Assembly: GCF_964355755.1 (NCBI RefSeq)
Contig: NC_092674.1
Location: 22,940,001 to 23,004,000, forward strand
DNA from: Antedon mediterranea
Lineage: Eukaryota; Animalia; Echinodermata
Reading direction: 5' to 3'
Length of the DNA stretch: 64,000 bases
Below the pieces are notes generated by a model. The model did not search any database, was not told where the DNA came from, and worked only from the letters and a program-made list of their open reading frames with translations. Numbering within the stretch: position 1 is the first letter of the stretch; the number at the start of each line of letters is the position of its first letter. The position numbers were made by a program, and so were the translations under genes. Positions 35,801 through 49,938 of this stretch are shown here, piece after piece.

Positions 35801-37908
35801 GGCTTCAGATTCTTTCAACTTAACTTTGTCTGACATGTCAGATGAATTTATTCATGGTGGCAATAGGATCACCCAAATTGAAGTTTATGTTACTATTTTA
35901 CCAGTTGACAGTGTGCCGCCCAATGTAACCTTTGGAGAAATACTCTTTGTTGATGAAGCTGGAAAAGGACAGGTGACATTAAACAACATTCTTGCATCAG
36001 ATCCTGATACAAATTTAGATGATATTACATGCATGATTGTGACTGTACCAACTCATGGTTATATTGAAAACATCTCTCCTGCTCCTGGATCAGAGAAATC
36101 TAGAGTTGGAATGCCAATTTCGTCTTTCACAATTATGGATGTGCGAATGGGACACATCAACTATGTTCAAAGTATCCACTCAAGTACAGAGCCTGAAGAT
36201 GATCGTTTTACATACCGTTGTACTGATGGCATTAACTATTCAAATAACTACTTCTTTGTCATCAGCATCACAGCAACTAATGATGAGATACCCAAGATGT
36301 TCATTGATCAGCTTCAAGTTGTTGAAGGTATGGATCAAGTGATTAATGTTATTCGCTTAAATGCTGAAGATGATGATCAACCACCACAGCAACTTCACTT
36401 TTATGTTGTTACTCCACCAAAGCATGGAGAGATTGTTTTGCAAGGAGCTGATAGTCTTGTCCCAATAAGTGACTTCTCTTTAGATCAGGTAAAGAGTGGC
36501 ACGGTATCTTACAGCCATGATGATACTGAAACCACAAAAGATTCATTTGAATTACGTTTGACTGATGGTGATTATGATGTCTTTGGAACCATGCCTGTCA
36601 CAATCTTTGCAATGGATGATGAAACACCACGTCTAACTATCAACAATGGAATCAACATAGAAAACAGAGAAACAAAAGTTATTACTAACAGAATTTTGAA
36701 AGCAACGGATCTTGACTCTATTGATGCCAACCTTACCTATACAGTTAGACTCGAACCTTCATCAGGTATCTTGCAGCTTTTGTCACCTAGCGGTGTTGCA
36801 GAGCAGAACCTGACCACCGGAAGCTCATTTCAGCAATGGCAGATTGATGAAGGACGAATCCAATATGTACATTTAGGAGGAGTAGAAGAAAATAATATAT
36901 ATAAAGATCTGATCAAGTTTGACATAACAGATGGATCGAATCCACTTATTGACCGATACTTCTATGTTACTATCAATAGAATGGACAATATACATCCAGT
37001 TGTAGTGAACAAAGGCTTGACATTACCAGAAGGTGGAAGAATGACATTAACAACCAGTCTGTTAAGCACCAGCGATATAAATAGCCCTGATGAAGAATTG
37101 ACATTTATCATCACAAGAGCACCATCCAGGGGTCATCTTGAAAACACTGACTTCCCAGGTGTTCCAATTACATCTTTTACACAACTTGACCTAGCTGGTA
37201 ACAAGATTTACTATGTTCATACTTCTGACGAGGAAGTGAAGATGGATAGCTTCCAGTTTGAAGTCACAGATGGACTCAACAGTGTTGTACGTACTTTTAG
37301 AATATCTTTGAGCGATGTTGACAATAAAAAACCTGTTGTTACAATCTTACCGTTGACACTAAATGAGGGACAAAACAAACTAATCACTCCATTTGAGCTT
37401 CGTATAGATGATCGTGACACCAGTGATGAACGTCTTGTTGTCACCATTACTCAAGTGCCTGTGCAAGGTAATCTACTATTCAACAACTCTAAAATTGTAA
37501 CAAGCTTTTCAATGGAAGATCTCAACAATAACTTAATCAGCTACCAGCATGATGGAACAGAATCAACTACAGATAGCTTCTCTTTCATCATTTCTGATGG
37601 AACACACAATGAGTTCTATGTCAACCCTCAACTTGATTCTACTACCAGAACCCCACAGCGAATGCTAATTAACATCATTCCTCTTGATAACGGTGCCCCA
37701 CAAATGGTAGTTAATCGTGGGGGATCAACAGTTGGGGAAGTTGGACCAACCGGACAGCTTGGCTTCTTGATTACCAACAAGTATTTGAACTCAGAAGATC
37801 GTGACAGTCAAAATGGTGGACTGACTTACACAATCACTACCCAACCAAAACATGGCTACATTATGAATTCTGCAATGGGAAATGTGAGCATTGACAGCTT
37901 TACTCAAG
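32856..37908 (+). CDS. FREM2: FREM2/ECM3-like extracellular matrix protein, giant coding exon 1 (signal peptide, N-terminal FRAS1/FREM domain, tandem CSPG/cadherin-like repeats)
   Basis: 5053-nt open frame from ATG 32856 (signal peptide MASWKFMVALTTFCFLGTTSA). FREM motifs P..FPCDF....YSHFG, repeated L.A.D.D / FTQ.D...G...Y.H / DSF.F.V.DG / PVDD.PP. Ends FTQ G|gtaag, the boundary expected from vertebrate FREM2 exon 1. Confidence 0.93.
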
Positions 37909-40900
37909 GTAAGATTTATTTTTTGTGGTATGATAAGGAATTTTGGCAAAACACAAACCTTAACTTTGAACACAGATTATGTTTGTAAACACTTGAGGTA
38001 ACATACTACAGGGTACTTTTTAGTTTAGAATCAATGACAGAATCACACACATACAACATTTTTTTGCGCTTATATCTGACCCTTATACTTATGTAAATAA
38101 GGTTTTCCATATTACTGTATCTGTTGAAATTTCAATAGTAACACTGGTGAAGCAATGATTGTTTCATTATACAATATATACTATACTGAATACTGTAGGG
38201 AATACAGAGTGAATGAATTTGTATTTGTTTTAACTGCATGGTAAACGAGGGGGCTCCAGCATGCAGCAGCATAACATGTCTTGCTGCTGAAAACAAGCAA
38301 GTTCAATGACAAGTTAAACTCTCCATAATTTACCATGCCTACATTCTGTTTTCTATATTAAACTGTATTTAGTAAACTGTAATTTTGTTTTTATTAGTGA
38401 TGAATTATTACAATACAGTCTTATTGTTAGGTCTACTTTTTACCAACTGTATATTATGTTTGTCCACATGACAACATCCACAATTTAAAAGTTATCTAGT
38501 ATTGCAAATAACTTGTACCAACTGACCATTAATTGATTCCTAATAACACAGAATTATTTTGTTCTCATATATTCTATATTAATATAATATTATTAATATT
38601 AACTTAAGTTAACCATTTTCCCAAAAGGTTTTCTTTCTCTACTACCATCTACTGCTAGTAATACTATAAGGCTTTATTGAATAAGGCTCTTTAAACCTCA
38701 ATATTAAAATAATTAAAACCCTGAGGGACTTTTGATCAAATCTAACTTTACAATTTATATCAAGGTCTGTCTTGCTGTGCTTGCATACATTCTGTCAATT
38801 TCAAAGCTTTTGTCAAGCTAAACCTATTCTTTATGGTTTAATTAAAAGTTTAATTTCAATTATATTTTAGGTAATAATTATTAATACATTAGTTACCTTG
38901 TTTGTAACATCTTTAGAAATGTTATCAAAGGGTAATGCAGCGTATTTAAGTAAATTAAGAGATAGATTAGTATCAAATTAGCTTTGGTTACAAGTACAGT
39001 ATAAAAAATACAATCAATCAATCAAAGAAATAATTTACTTAATAAAAATGTTAATTTACTTTTTCCATCCAATACATTTGTGCAATTAACTCACATAATT
39101 TAAATAATTTGTATACATTATCAGTATCAAAGTTCACTAATGATATATATTTTACCATTTTTAAATAAATAAATTTGCATAATTCATTATGGGATTATTT
39201 GTTTGATTTTCTTTAGTATATTTTTTGTCAGAACTTTATGATTATTATGTAATTAATTTCATAATGATTTTAATTGTAAGTACAGCACTGTAGGTATGGC
39301 TGGTATAGATTGGCACACTGTACAGTAGATTTAACTATAAAATAATAAATAGAAAACAAAATATTCCTTTTCTGTCGCCAAATTGTCAAATCGTTACAAA
39401 TAACCTTACATTTCTTATCTATTCTTTAAATAACTGTAGTGATATACTGTTAATCAAATACTGTATTGAGATATTAATAATTATATAGAGGTCTGGGAAT
39501 TTGATAAGTCAATGTAATCTGTGAGATTGAGTTGTTTCACAAGCATATTCCCCAGCCTTTAGGCTCCAAAGAAATATACAGAGAAGAATTCCTCAGTTTG
39601 GGCTCTAGTGTGAATCAACCTTTAGACCTTCGGTAGCATCAACCCCAGATGTAAGCTTCTTTTAGAATAATTCACTGGATTTTGGGCCATAATGCTGGTG
39701 TGAATCAACCTTTAGACCCTTCCACAGCATGTCCACTACTGCAGTGTGAATCAAAACATATATTGGTACATTTTAATACAGCACTAGTATTCTTCTTGTA
39801 CAAGTCGCACATTTTTATATCTTTCCAAACAATTCATTATAAAATAAAGCATTTTATCTTAGTTTTCACTAATATTAGGAAACCAATGCTGTACTAGTGT
39901 AGTTAGGATCTTGGCATTGAAAATGTTAGCACTCAATGTTCAATTAAACAGCTTGTACTGTACTTTGTTTTAGATTTTCTAAAGTTCATTTCACAGGAAA
40001 TTTCTCCTTCCATACCAGAAGGCAAACATGCCCTTTGGCTATATCCACCAAAACAGACTCTTCTTTAGTGACAGGTAGCAAATGATATTCACAAATTCGT
40101 ACATTAGATACAGTTAGAAAATTAAGATAGGGCATAACAAAAATTATTTTGTCACAAATTGTAACAATAACACTGCTGTAATGCCTATTTGACTTGGCAA
40201 CACAAGAGTTCATTTAGCTGTTTACATGCTTGAAATCATTCCATTGATTAAGTTAGTTTCATAGTTCATTGAATATAGTTATAACATCCAGACAGTAGAC
40301 AGTGACAAATAGGTTTAAAGTGGTGTAACCATTAAATCTCCCATTCTTTCATTATTTAACTTTTCCTTTAAAAGTCGTATGACAAAATCGGTATTACAAA
40401 TTCAATCAAACTACAGTATACCATGAAGCTACCCTGGTTTATTTAGCAACAAGGGCATATCTCTATATACTTTTGTGAGTCCAAGGCCTGAACTTTTTTA
40501 CTTTCCTCCTTTTTCCACTTGTTTTCACAGCCCTCGTTTATTACATATTTTTTAAATAATATTTAAAACCATTAACCATGAAGCCTAAGTTTCCGCTTTA
40601 ATAGTTAGTTTTTGAAAGCAAAAGAAACTCATTCAATTATTAGAGTTCAATATAATGTCATAAAAAAGTTTATTTTTATCAAATTAAAATCACAAAACTG
40701 TTGCTTCCTCCACTATAATTCACCACCTACACCTCTTCATTTCTTTCCATCGGGTTTCTTTCAATCCTTTTCCTATTCTTTTGTTCCTTTTCAACCTATA
40801 GTTTTAAAGCTTTTCAACCTTCCAATGAACCATATCTTGTGGGTTTGGATATTCTTTGACAAGGTACAGACTTTAATTACTTTTTTCTCTGAGACCTTGT

Positions 40901-41288
40901 GTGGAACAATTCAAAGATAAATCGTTAAATAAAATTAAAGTAGGCACAGCAAATTGAATTACTTTGGGAGAAAATTAAACCTGTACCTTTTTTACTTGCT
41001 ATTATTATAATACTATTATATTAGTTTCCGGATTGCTAATGCCTCAGTTTTATTTAAAAAATAAAATTCATGGGCAATCAACTTGCTTTCTATTTACTTA
41101 GGATTACCAACACCTTGTGTCCAATTATTTCACCTCTATATAATTATATAATAAACCTATTAAAATTAGACCTGTAGCCTGGATGAAAATGAAAATATCA
41201 CTGTAAAGTGATATTTTTAGATGCCAGTCCTGTTAAAAGCCAATAAAACCTAGGTTGAAATGTCTTAAATTGTAGGGAAACTTTTTAA

Positions 41289-42320
41289 CACTTTGACTGC
41301 CAAACACGAAGATCTTCGTTTTTGGAAACACAACGCTTGACTGCCAAACACGAAGATCTTCGTTTTTCGCGTTTTTTTACGAAATCCGGTAGATAGGTTA
41401 ATTATTGGTATATACTATAAATAGGGACACTATATTCGGTCTGGACTGTGAATATTTTACTTTTTGAAAGTAACTAATCTGGTTACGAACGATTGTCAAA
41501 ATGGTACCTGTCGAAATAACATACACTGCGCATCACAGTAGCGCGTACAGCGATGGTTTGGCGCATTGTGTATCGGTCGCGCGCTAGCTATGCCGCCGAA
41601 GCATTGCAAAGGTTTATGTGGATTGGCATGTTCTGAATAAAAAATAATGGATGAATTTTCAATATGAAGTCTTTAATTTATTATTGTATGTATACCCTAA
41701 TTGTTTTGGTGTTTCACTGTAAGTGGCCGAGTTTCACGCAACAAACTTGTTTAGAAATGGTATGAATATTATCATCAGTTTACTAGCTAGGCTAGTAGTA
41801 CTAGGCTATAGCCTAGGCCTAGTCGTAAAACGGTTCCGGACCAACTTTAGGCCTAGTTAACTAGGCCTGGTGTCTTTACTATGTGGATTTTGGCGAAACA
41901 TTGATGTAAGATTTATGATTTATAAAATGTAATACATTTTTCGATAGTGATAACTTGTTTTTATAGGCCTACCGGTGCCGTGAAAGTAACTTTTTCGTTG
42001 TTTGTTGATCTCACCGGGCGATATTTTCATATTGTGATGTCTTGCACAAAATCGCGAATATCTCGACTTTCTTGCGCGAAACTACGAAAAACTCAAAAAG
42101 TGGGTTACTTTCATTTTACTATTACGATTTACATATTGAGATTTGAAAATCGTTCTTGGTACCATTGTAAAGCTAAAATCTTTATGATTATTTTAGTCTA
42201 AATTACATGTAAATCAGATCACATACATAGTTTCAATCAGCTTTAATAAAAACATCGAATTGGGCTATAAACGCTGGCGGTGGCAGTTTCTAACTGGAAA
42301 AACCTCTGGCAGTCAAAGTG
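41289..42320. mobile_element. Non-autonomous piggyBac-like element (1032 bp) in FREM2 intron 1
   Basis: TTAA|cactttgactgcca ... tggcagtcaaagtg|TTAA, perfect 14-bp TIRs. The 31-bp subterminal direct repeat ttgactgccaaacacgaagatcttcgttttt occurs twice at the left end; CpG retained; no transposase ORF. Confidence 0.85.
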
Positions 42321-43875
42321 TTAATTGATTATTGATTTATTGTAATTATTGATTGCAATTGATTGCTGTAAAAATTAGGTCTACAATAATTTATGCTCTA
42401 TTTCTAAAGATTAAAGATCATAACATTGTATACAATACGAGAATGGTATGAGATTGTTGGAAAGACATGTCTAACTATATGTATGTGTTATTAATAACCA
42501 TTTTTGTTTACTAGATGTAAAACGCAAATATTGGCTTTTTATGTAGATAGAAGGATAGGTTAAACAAAGTTAGAGACATTCAAAGTTCAGTGGTAGCAAA
42601 TTGAAAAAAAATGTGTGTAGTCTTGCCTAATCATGTATAATGAAGTATGAAAGAGAATTAGTTTATTTTGTTTTCTTTATCCATTCATACTAGTCTCATT
42701 AGTAGAACTTGATATGTTGATATCCATAGTTCAGTGTTCATTCCATAGTTCAGTGTTTAATTCTATTGTCCCATGGTGGTCCCAACTACCACATTTCAAG
42801 GCAACTTCAAATGCTCTTGTGTTTATATACTAATCTCTCCTATTTTTGTATATACAAATTCCTATAAAAAATCTTATAAAACATTGAATATGGTAAAAAT
42901 CTTATAAAACATTGAATAGTATAGTTTCCTAGTCTGCACTATATTCTGTGATCTACCTCCCTTTGTTAACGTAATACATACAATATATTTACATTTCAAA
43001 ATTCTCTTGAAATTTCAGTCAGTCTGTAACTATTGAAAAGAACATTGAAAACAGATTGACATTTTACCTTCACCAATTTAAAACAGTGCCATCAAAGAAA
43101 CTTTAAGTAATTTAATTACAGATGAAAGTAAAACATTATTTACCAATTTGTTATCTGATTTTCTCTTCAGTAAAACTTTTATCAAGGTCCTTTAGGTAAA
43201 AATATACAGTATAACCATGGAGGTATAACAGATTTTGATTAAAGAACTTATTCACTAAGTAGTAATTCAGTACTGTATACAGTTAGGTAAACCTACAGAT
43301 AAAGTTATATGTATTTTGATTTAATTTCTGTTTTTTGTTTGTTCTTTATTTAAGTTTGTTTCTGCATGTAAGAAAGCAAAAATAATTGGTTAAATAAAAA
43401 ATTTACCTTTTTATTTTCATACTATAGTAGCACAAACAGAACAAATTTCAACTTTAAGCTGCAACGCATAATTACGGCTATTAATATGACCAGCTTTTAA
43501 TATGCTTGCGGGTACTGTAATTTAGACATTTTTAGCTAGCCCAAATGAATTGGTAGGACTTATAAAAATTAAAGTATTTTTAAATCTGTGCATAATAATT
43601 TCATGGTCTAGTGAACCTATTTAATATTAAACATAGTTATTTGGCATTATTAGGCAACAGAAACAAACCCTCAGTTTCTACTGGCGATTAAATACAACAA
43701 GCCATTTCGAAAAATGTTATTCAGTACTAAGTCATTATCAGGGGATTAAAGTGGAGGGTCTGAATTTGAATCAAGGTTGAGAAACCTTTAAGAGAAGATA
43801 ATCTGTTACTTCATTATTCCATACAAACAATTGGAGGAGCCAACTCATGGACATTGAAAGCTACTGTAGTTCTAT

Positions 43876-43911
43876 CATAGAGATATTATAGTGAACTATA
43901 ATATCTCTATG
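43876..43911. repeat. Short perfect hairpin element
   Basis: catagagatattatagt-ga-actataatatctctatg; a related hairpin catagatattatagtg...cactataatcctctatg lies at 3636-3683. Confidence 0.65.
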
Positions 43912-45436
43912 GTTCTATGAATGCTACCAAAACTACAATTCTTTTGTATATCCAATCAAGTATTGAAGTTTTATTTTACTGTAATAACCAAGTAAAAGAT
44001 AAAAATCGCATCGACACAATGTAGTTGATATGGGGTTAAAAAGGCATTGCCTAAACTTTCCCATTATAACTAAACTAAACTAAACTAATAGCCAGCGGAA
44101 TTTTTTTCTCCAACACATTAAGTCAGAAATTACAGAGAGTGCTAAATCTTCTCTACTTAATTATTCAAGAGCATATGCATCATGTGACATGGCTAATTAA
44201 ACAAGTTTCGTTTTTTTCCAAGCAATCAGTAGTGCAGAGGGTTAAGTTGTCTTTTTATAACATGGATTGAGTTTGATTACCTTTAGTTTTGTACTTAATT
44301 GACTTTTAATTGACTTTTTGTATTAAAAAATGATATCGCCATGCATACAGTATTCATACTGTTGTGGGGAAATATGCAGCGTACAAGAGATTTTCTAATT
44401 AAAGTATATTAAGGTGTTGTTTACACTAATGCCATTAGGAAACTTCACAGCATGTATTGATAGTACACACTTTTCATATGTTTTCTGATATCTTTACTAA
44501 AGAGACAGTATTAGTCACATTAAAAATCAATCACCATCTTGCCTTAAACTATGCAAGGACAGCCAAATATTTTCATTTAGATGATAAAAATAAAGTAATT
44601 ATTAATCCTGAAGATATAAGTAAAGATAATGTAGACATTCTTCAGATAAATCCTGGGAACACACATATTCCAGAGTTATAGATCAGTTTCTCCCAGGAAA
44701 TAATTTATCAAGGGAGCCATTTGTGTAGGCATTTTGTTTTTATTGCAGAATCTTTTGGGATTAATTTTTTCCATTTTCAGGCAATTTCCTAAATTTGTGT
44801 ATTCAAATGATTATGGGTCAGATAAACTAGGTTATCTGTATCTTAAGATTTCTGTGACTGAAATAAAGATTACATTTTGAATACTTTTTTACTTGAAATG
44901 GTCATTGTATGTTTCTGACTGTTTTTGTTATTTGATCATACACCAAAATAGCTAGTTTTTATAGTGTGATTTGATATTATGATTTATATAGTTAAATGTT
45001 GATGAAAATCTTGAATTTGCTCTCATCTCATGTGAGAAGGATTGAATTTTTAAGACATTTTTAATGACATTAGTATTTATCCAACGATAATTTTACAATA
45101 ACTGTGATGGTCTGCTTTATAACGCCCTCAGGGAACAATAGTAACAAATGGTTCATATCCATGATTACATAAAAGTTGTTACTTTTTTATCTAATATATT
45201 TTTGAATTAACAAGTGCCTAAAGGAAATGAGATTATAATTAAAGCCATATTTTGGGATTATATCTTGATGTGATCCACACTTCACAATAGGACTACAACT
45301 TACAAGATAAAGTGCATACTATAAAAATATAGTACATTTAACCAAAAATTCAGATACTACCATTTTTCTATAATAAATATCTACAGCATTTAAGACACAC
45401 ACAGTTACCAATCTAACTTAACGAATAGTGGAACAT

Positions 45437-45550
45437 GCTTGGTGGTTTAACATGATTGGCTTCTAATCCCAAAATCCAGGGTTCAATCCTGACCAAGTGT
45501 CATGTTTGTAACTCTTTCTATTCCACTCCCCAATCACACAAATGAGACTT
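45437..45550 (+). mobile_element. tRNA-derived SINE fragment
   Basis: A-box-like gcttggtggtttaa, B-box ggttcaatcct, then ccactcccc...agact; similar to the reverse copy at 12365-12482. Confidence 0.5.
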
Positions 45551-45991
45551 TTAAAAAGTTTATGAGCATAATAAATTAAAGTTATTCTATCCTGTAATTT
45601 TTTTTTTTGCTGTTGGATGTGTATTGAAATAAACAAAATAAAATTTAACCTGCCATAGATTTTTATATTCCAACATATTAGGAAAATTTGCTTTTGAGAT
45701 GCCGATTTATCTATAGAGCTCTCCATACATCTGTTGTTTTGTAAAATATCACTGTCGGAAGGCTTATCTTTCAAATGTACCACATTTCCTAGATTCACTT
45801 TTGATGGTTCCTGCCAAAGATCTCTTTTATTTTAATAGTCTATAATCATTTTTGCATAAATATTATTCAGTTCGGTTCAAATCAGATTATGATCTGGAAA
45901 AATGAGTTCAACATCAAATTAACAAATCAACTTACAAACCCACACACATTTTATATCACACTGGAGTGGCCAAAAACCAAGTGGTCAGTTA

Positions 45992-46846
45992 GGGCCTGTT
46001 TCTATAGAGCAGAGAATACGGTTTTGAATACCGTTCGTTCTTTTCAAGAACCGTTTTTTCTTGCCAGCAGAAATGGGTCCTCACAAAAAACCACAAAAAA
46101 GAACCGATCTTAAAAACGGTTTCAGAAACCCCAATTGATTGCGGTCTCGATCGCAAAGAACCGTTCTGAAACCGGTTTCTGCGGAGCAATTTTTAGCTTC
46201 AACACAATCGCGGTCTCAATTTGACCCCAAAAACTGAACTCTGCAGTCTGCTGCACTGGGACGATTGCGGTCAACTCGCAGTCAAACTCGCGCGATAGGA
46301 CCTAGGCCTAAGTCATTTTTATTTCTCTAGATAGTGAGTATTTTATTTAACTAAAATATGTTGACCAATGCCATTACGAGGTTGGTAAAAAATATGTGAA
46401 GGAAAGAAGATGAGGTGACTTGTCGGGAGTCGGAAGAAAGACTTACGTATGTATAGGCCTACATGTTTTTAAGAATATTGTAAAGCGTGTGAAAAATAGA
46501 CGAGTTCAACTTGACAATATCAGAGGGTGCGACGTACCTATACTTTAACCAAGGACCACAATAACGTTTCAGGTAATAATTCCCCCTTCTATGATGAAAT
46601 GGATGCTATTTCTTGGAGATCGCGCTATGCGAAAAAAAGTAAACATGACCTCGATCAAATCGCGCTTCCTCCTAATGAACTGCATTGTGGTGTATATAAT
46701 GACGTTATTCATAACGAACGCACATGGACGGAACCGGTTTTATTGGAGTAAAAATTGAGCTGCAACGCGACCTTTATTTATAAACAACAGCCGAAACCGG
46801 TTTCCAAAAAACCGTTCTTTTTTTATTTTTCAATAGAAACACGCCC
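45992..46846 (+). mobile_element. Internally deleted PIF/Harbinger transposon (855 bp) with a Myb/SANT-like ORF remnant
   Basis: TTA|gggcctgtttctat ... atagaaacacgccc|TTA; multiple gaaccg/cggtt subterminal motifs; fragment RRTYTLTKDHNNVSGNNSPFYDEMDAI at about 46530-46610. Confidence 0.8.
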
Positions 46847-49148
46847 TTAATCGACCAAGAAAAGTTTAAACACAGGCTACAATTCCCTTAGGGTTAAATC
46901 ACCAGTAACCAATTCAAACTATTCAATAACCAACCCTGCTTGCCCAGTAGCTCTAAAGTAATATTATAGTTCTTATGTATTTGATTTTAGTTTAATTTAA
47001 TTTAAACTCTCTCTCTCCTTATTAGGCCTAATCACGGTCCTCTAGGCCTACAAAGTGCCAATGGCTTAATTTTCTATTCAGTGTACACACAGTTTGCGAT
47101 CTTGTATTTAACATAGCACACAGCTTTTACTAAAAGTTAAAGTAACATTAAGAATCCAAATATTCCACTAATTGCTTAGACTTTCACAACAGACCTTTTA
47201 AATGATGTCTTTGTTTCTTGTAAAGTAGATATTCAGTGTTGAATTACTTTTTTGGCACTTTATAGACCCTCTACTCAAAAGAATATTTCCCCAGGCAAAT
47301 AGGTAGATGGATTCAGTAGGAATCTAAATCTGTAAACAATAGGGACCCCACTTACTATGGTTCAAGTGTTGGAAACATTTTTTAAGTCTGATTCATAAAC
47401 CGAATCATAAATCATAATGTGCCTATATATAGATGTCATTTAACATTTTTTTTGTGTTTTTGTTAATGTCTTATCTATACAAAAAACAAGTATTAGTACC
47501 TGTTTTGAAATTACAAGACCTTCTCACATAATAAGAAAACATCTTATCAAATACTAATCAGGCTTAAAGTTATATAGTGTATTATATTGTACTAAACACT
47601 CACTGTGGTTGTTTTTGCCATAAAGATGGCAGAAAATTAATAGAGACACGCTGCCTTTATTAGCATTTAAAGTGAATATATTGCTGCAACTGTTTTCATA
47701 CAATTTTGTTGAAAATGTGAAGCAGGACCTCTAGTCAAGTATGAACAAACATTACCTCTCTTTCTATACACCAGATTACCTAGACTATTCATTAGATTGG
47801 TTTCCATACACAATTTTCTCGCAATTTAGTTCATTGGTTGAAATTGTTTTAATGTATGTACATAATAAATGCTTTGGTTTGTAGAAAAACATCAAAATCG
47901 CAGAGTATTCTTGACATGACCAAGCCTACACTCCAACATATAATTTAAAATTTCTATTTTGTTTACTTAAATTGAATTGTATTTATCCTTGCACTGTATT
48001 GATTGGAACCACTTCTACAAACTTTAACCATGCACCAGAAGAAGAAGAAGATGATTGATCCTATTCCATTAATCCTACTCAATCAGGCAATTGTTGATTT
48101 TCAATTAATTATTTTTCTAAAAAACATCTTACCATTGGGTCGGATTAAAAAACTATTTAATTCGATTTTGTTATATAGATAGAATTATCCCTTTTTACCA
48201 GTCACCCATTAGCAATCATCTTTGTCAGTGTAGAAAGAATATAATGACTTGTCTGGGAGAATCTTTTATAGCTGCTTAACAGCTTAAAAGAGTACTTGAT
48301 GCCATTGATTTTACCAACAAAAGTGAATAGTGACTTTACAACTATTGTTGGATTCTCTTAATGACAGTTATGGCTACTTCTATTATTTATTTGAACAAAA
48401 AGAAATCAATGAGGGCCAGTCTAACAATAGTGTTTAAAGTGGCTACCTCTCCAGAATCAACTCAAAAGACTAAGACTCAATGAAACTTAGTTTTTCTTTT
48501 GTGTTATTTCACAATTCATGGTTGTATAGCTTCTTTTAATTGTAGTACAAGTATCCAGGGTTTTTTTAGTTAAAGGTACTGTACTTAGTACCTCATGAAC
48601 ATACTTGCATACATTCCAAGTCGTCAAGGATTGATTAAAACAAAAACCATGGCAGATATAAAGTAATATGTATTGTCTATAAGCCTCTAGAAAATCACAA
48701 CTCTATGTGAAAATGCTAAGGCTCAGGCAAAATCCAGAAAAAAGGCCTTCTGAACCAAAGATATCTTTCTCCAATTTAAGAAAATGTTATCTTCATATAT
48801 ATTTTTTGTCCTTTGAACTATTTAATTTGTTTTAAAATATCAACTAAACTATTTTTAAAATATGCTCTATAATGCCTGTACTGTACAAAAAGGGGGTAAA
48901 TTATGAACATTTAAATAATCGCAATATTAAGACAAATTATCATAAATTGTCTGATTGTTCATAATATGTTGAAATTATTTCACAAAATTTAATTAAGTTT
49001 AAATACAATACATGATTACTGAGTCTATATCGTGCCTGCTTACCTGGATAAACCCGACATAAGCCCTTTTCCACGAAGTGCGAAACAATTACGAAAAGAA
49101 GAATTTAGCGGTAGCTCACCTCCGTGATAAATGGGACAGTCCACTATA

Positions 49149-49162
49149 GCGCCCTCTAGTGG
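49149..49162. promoter_or_regulatory. CTCF-like binding motif
   Basis: gcgccctctagtgg (reverse complement CCACTAGAGGGCGC) closely matches the CTCF core consensus. Confidence 0.55.
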
Positions 49163-49678
49163 GACCACTCCCACGTAGTACCGTCATCATTTCTTTTCGT
49201 ATCGTCGTACTGACAACACAAAGTTTTTGAAGATTTCGAATTCCAAGGAATTCAAGAGTCTAATAAAGACAGAGTCAAGCTATCCGAGGCTAAGTTTATC
49301 GTTTTATAAATTAGATACGTTGATTTTCTTGCCCTAATAGTAATAAAATGGATGTTTATAGTATATGACTGCCTCATTTCTTTTCATTCTGCATATGAAT
49401 AGATAGTGTTTTCAAAGAGTAGTTACCCTGTGCTGTGTAATCCCTAAATAAAGAAAAACATTGTATGACATCTGTAGGCATGGCCTTATTAGCGTTTTTC
49501 TGTAAGTAAACACCTGATTAAGGCATATTTTTCTTTTTATTTTGAGGGTTACTGCTGATCCAAACTTAGAACCTCAAAAGCTTTCTAATCCCTCATATTA
49601 TTTAGATTGTGAAAAGGCTAAGAAATGATTGGTCCTGAGCTATTCATAATTAAATCCCCTTTTACCACATTCCGTTAC

Positions 49679-49938
49679 AATTTGGAGCATGAATGTTTTT
49701 AGAACTCTTTTGTCGGTCTTATTTTTAACTATTATGTAATCAATTAAACTTTTTTTTAGAATGCAAATTGATAAAGATAAGTTCCTATATCTTTAGTATA
49801 TAAACTGTTAACGATTAAGTTCCATTTCAATTTGGAGTATGAATGTTTTTAGAACTCTTTTTGTCAGTCTAATTCAACTACTGTATTGTGTAATCAATTA
49901 AACACTTTTTAGTATGTAAATTGATAAAGATTAAGTTT
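49679..49938. repeat. Tandem duplication, period about 150 bp
   Basis: aatttggag.atgaatgtttttagaactctttt...tgtaatcaattaaac...aaattgataaagat occurs at 49679 and 49829. Confidence 0.85.

Noticed and set aside
37909-37988. C-terminal tail KIYFLWYDKEFW...LCL of the long ORF
   Set aside because: Read-through past a strong G|gtaag donor; homology resumes in the exon at 55671.
39608-39755. Short direct repeats gtgtgaatcaacctttagacc
   Set aside because: Two and a half degenerate copies; most simply an old local duplication, with no further evidence of function.
45437-45500. Possible tRNA gene
   Set aside because: Only degenerate A/B boxes; no convincing cloverleaf or acceptor stem, and it continues into shared SINE-like body sequence.
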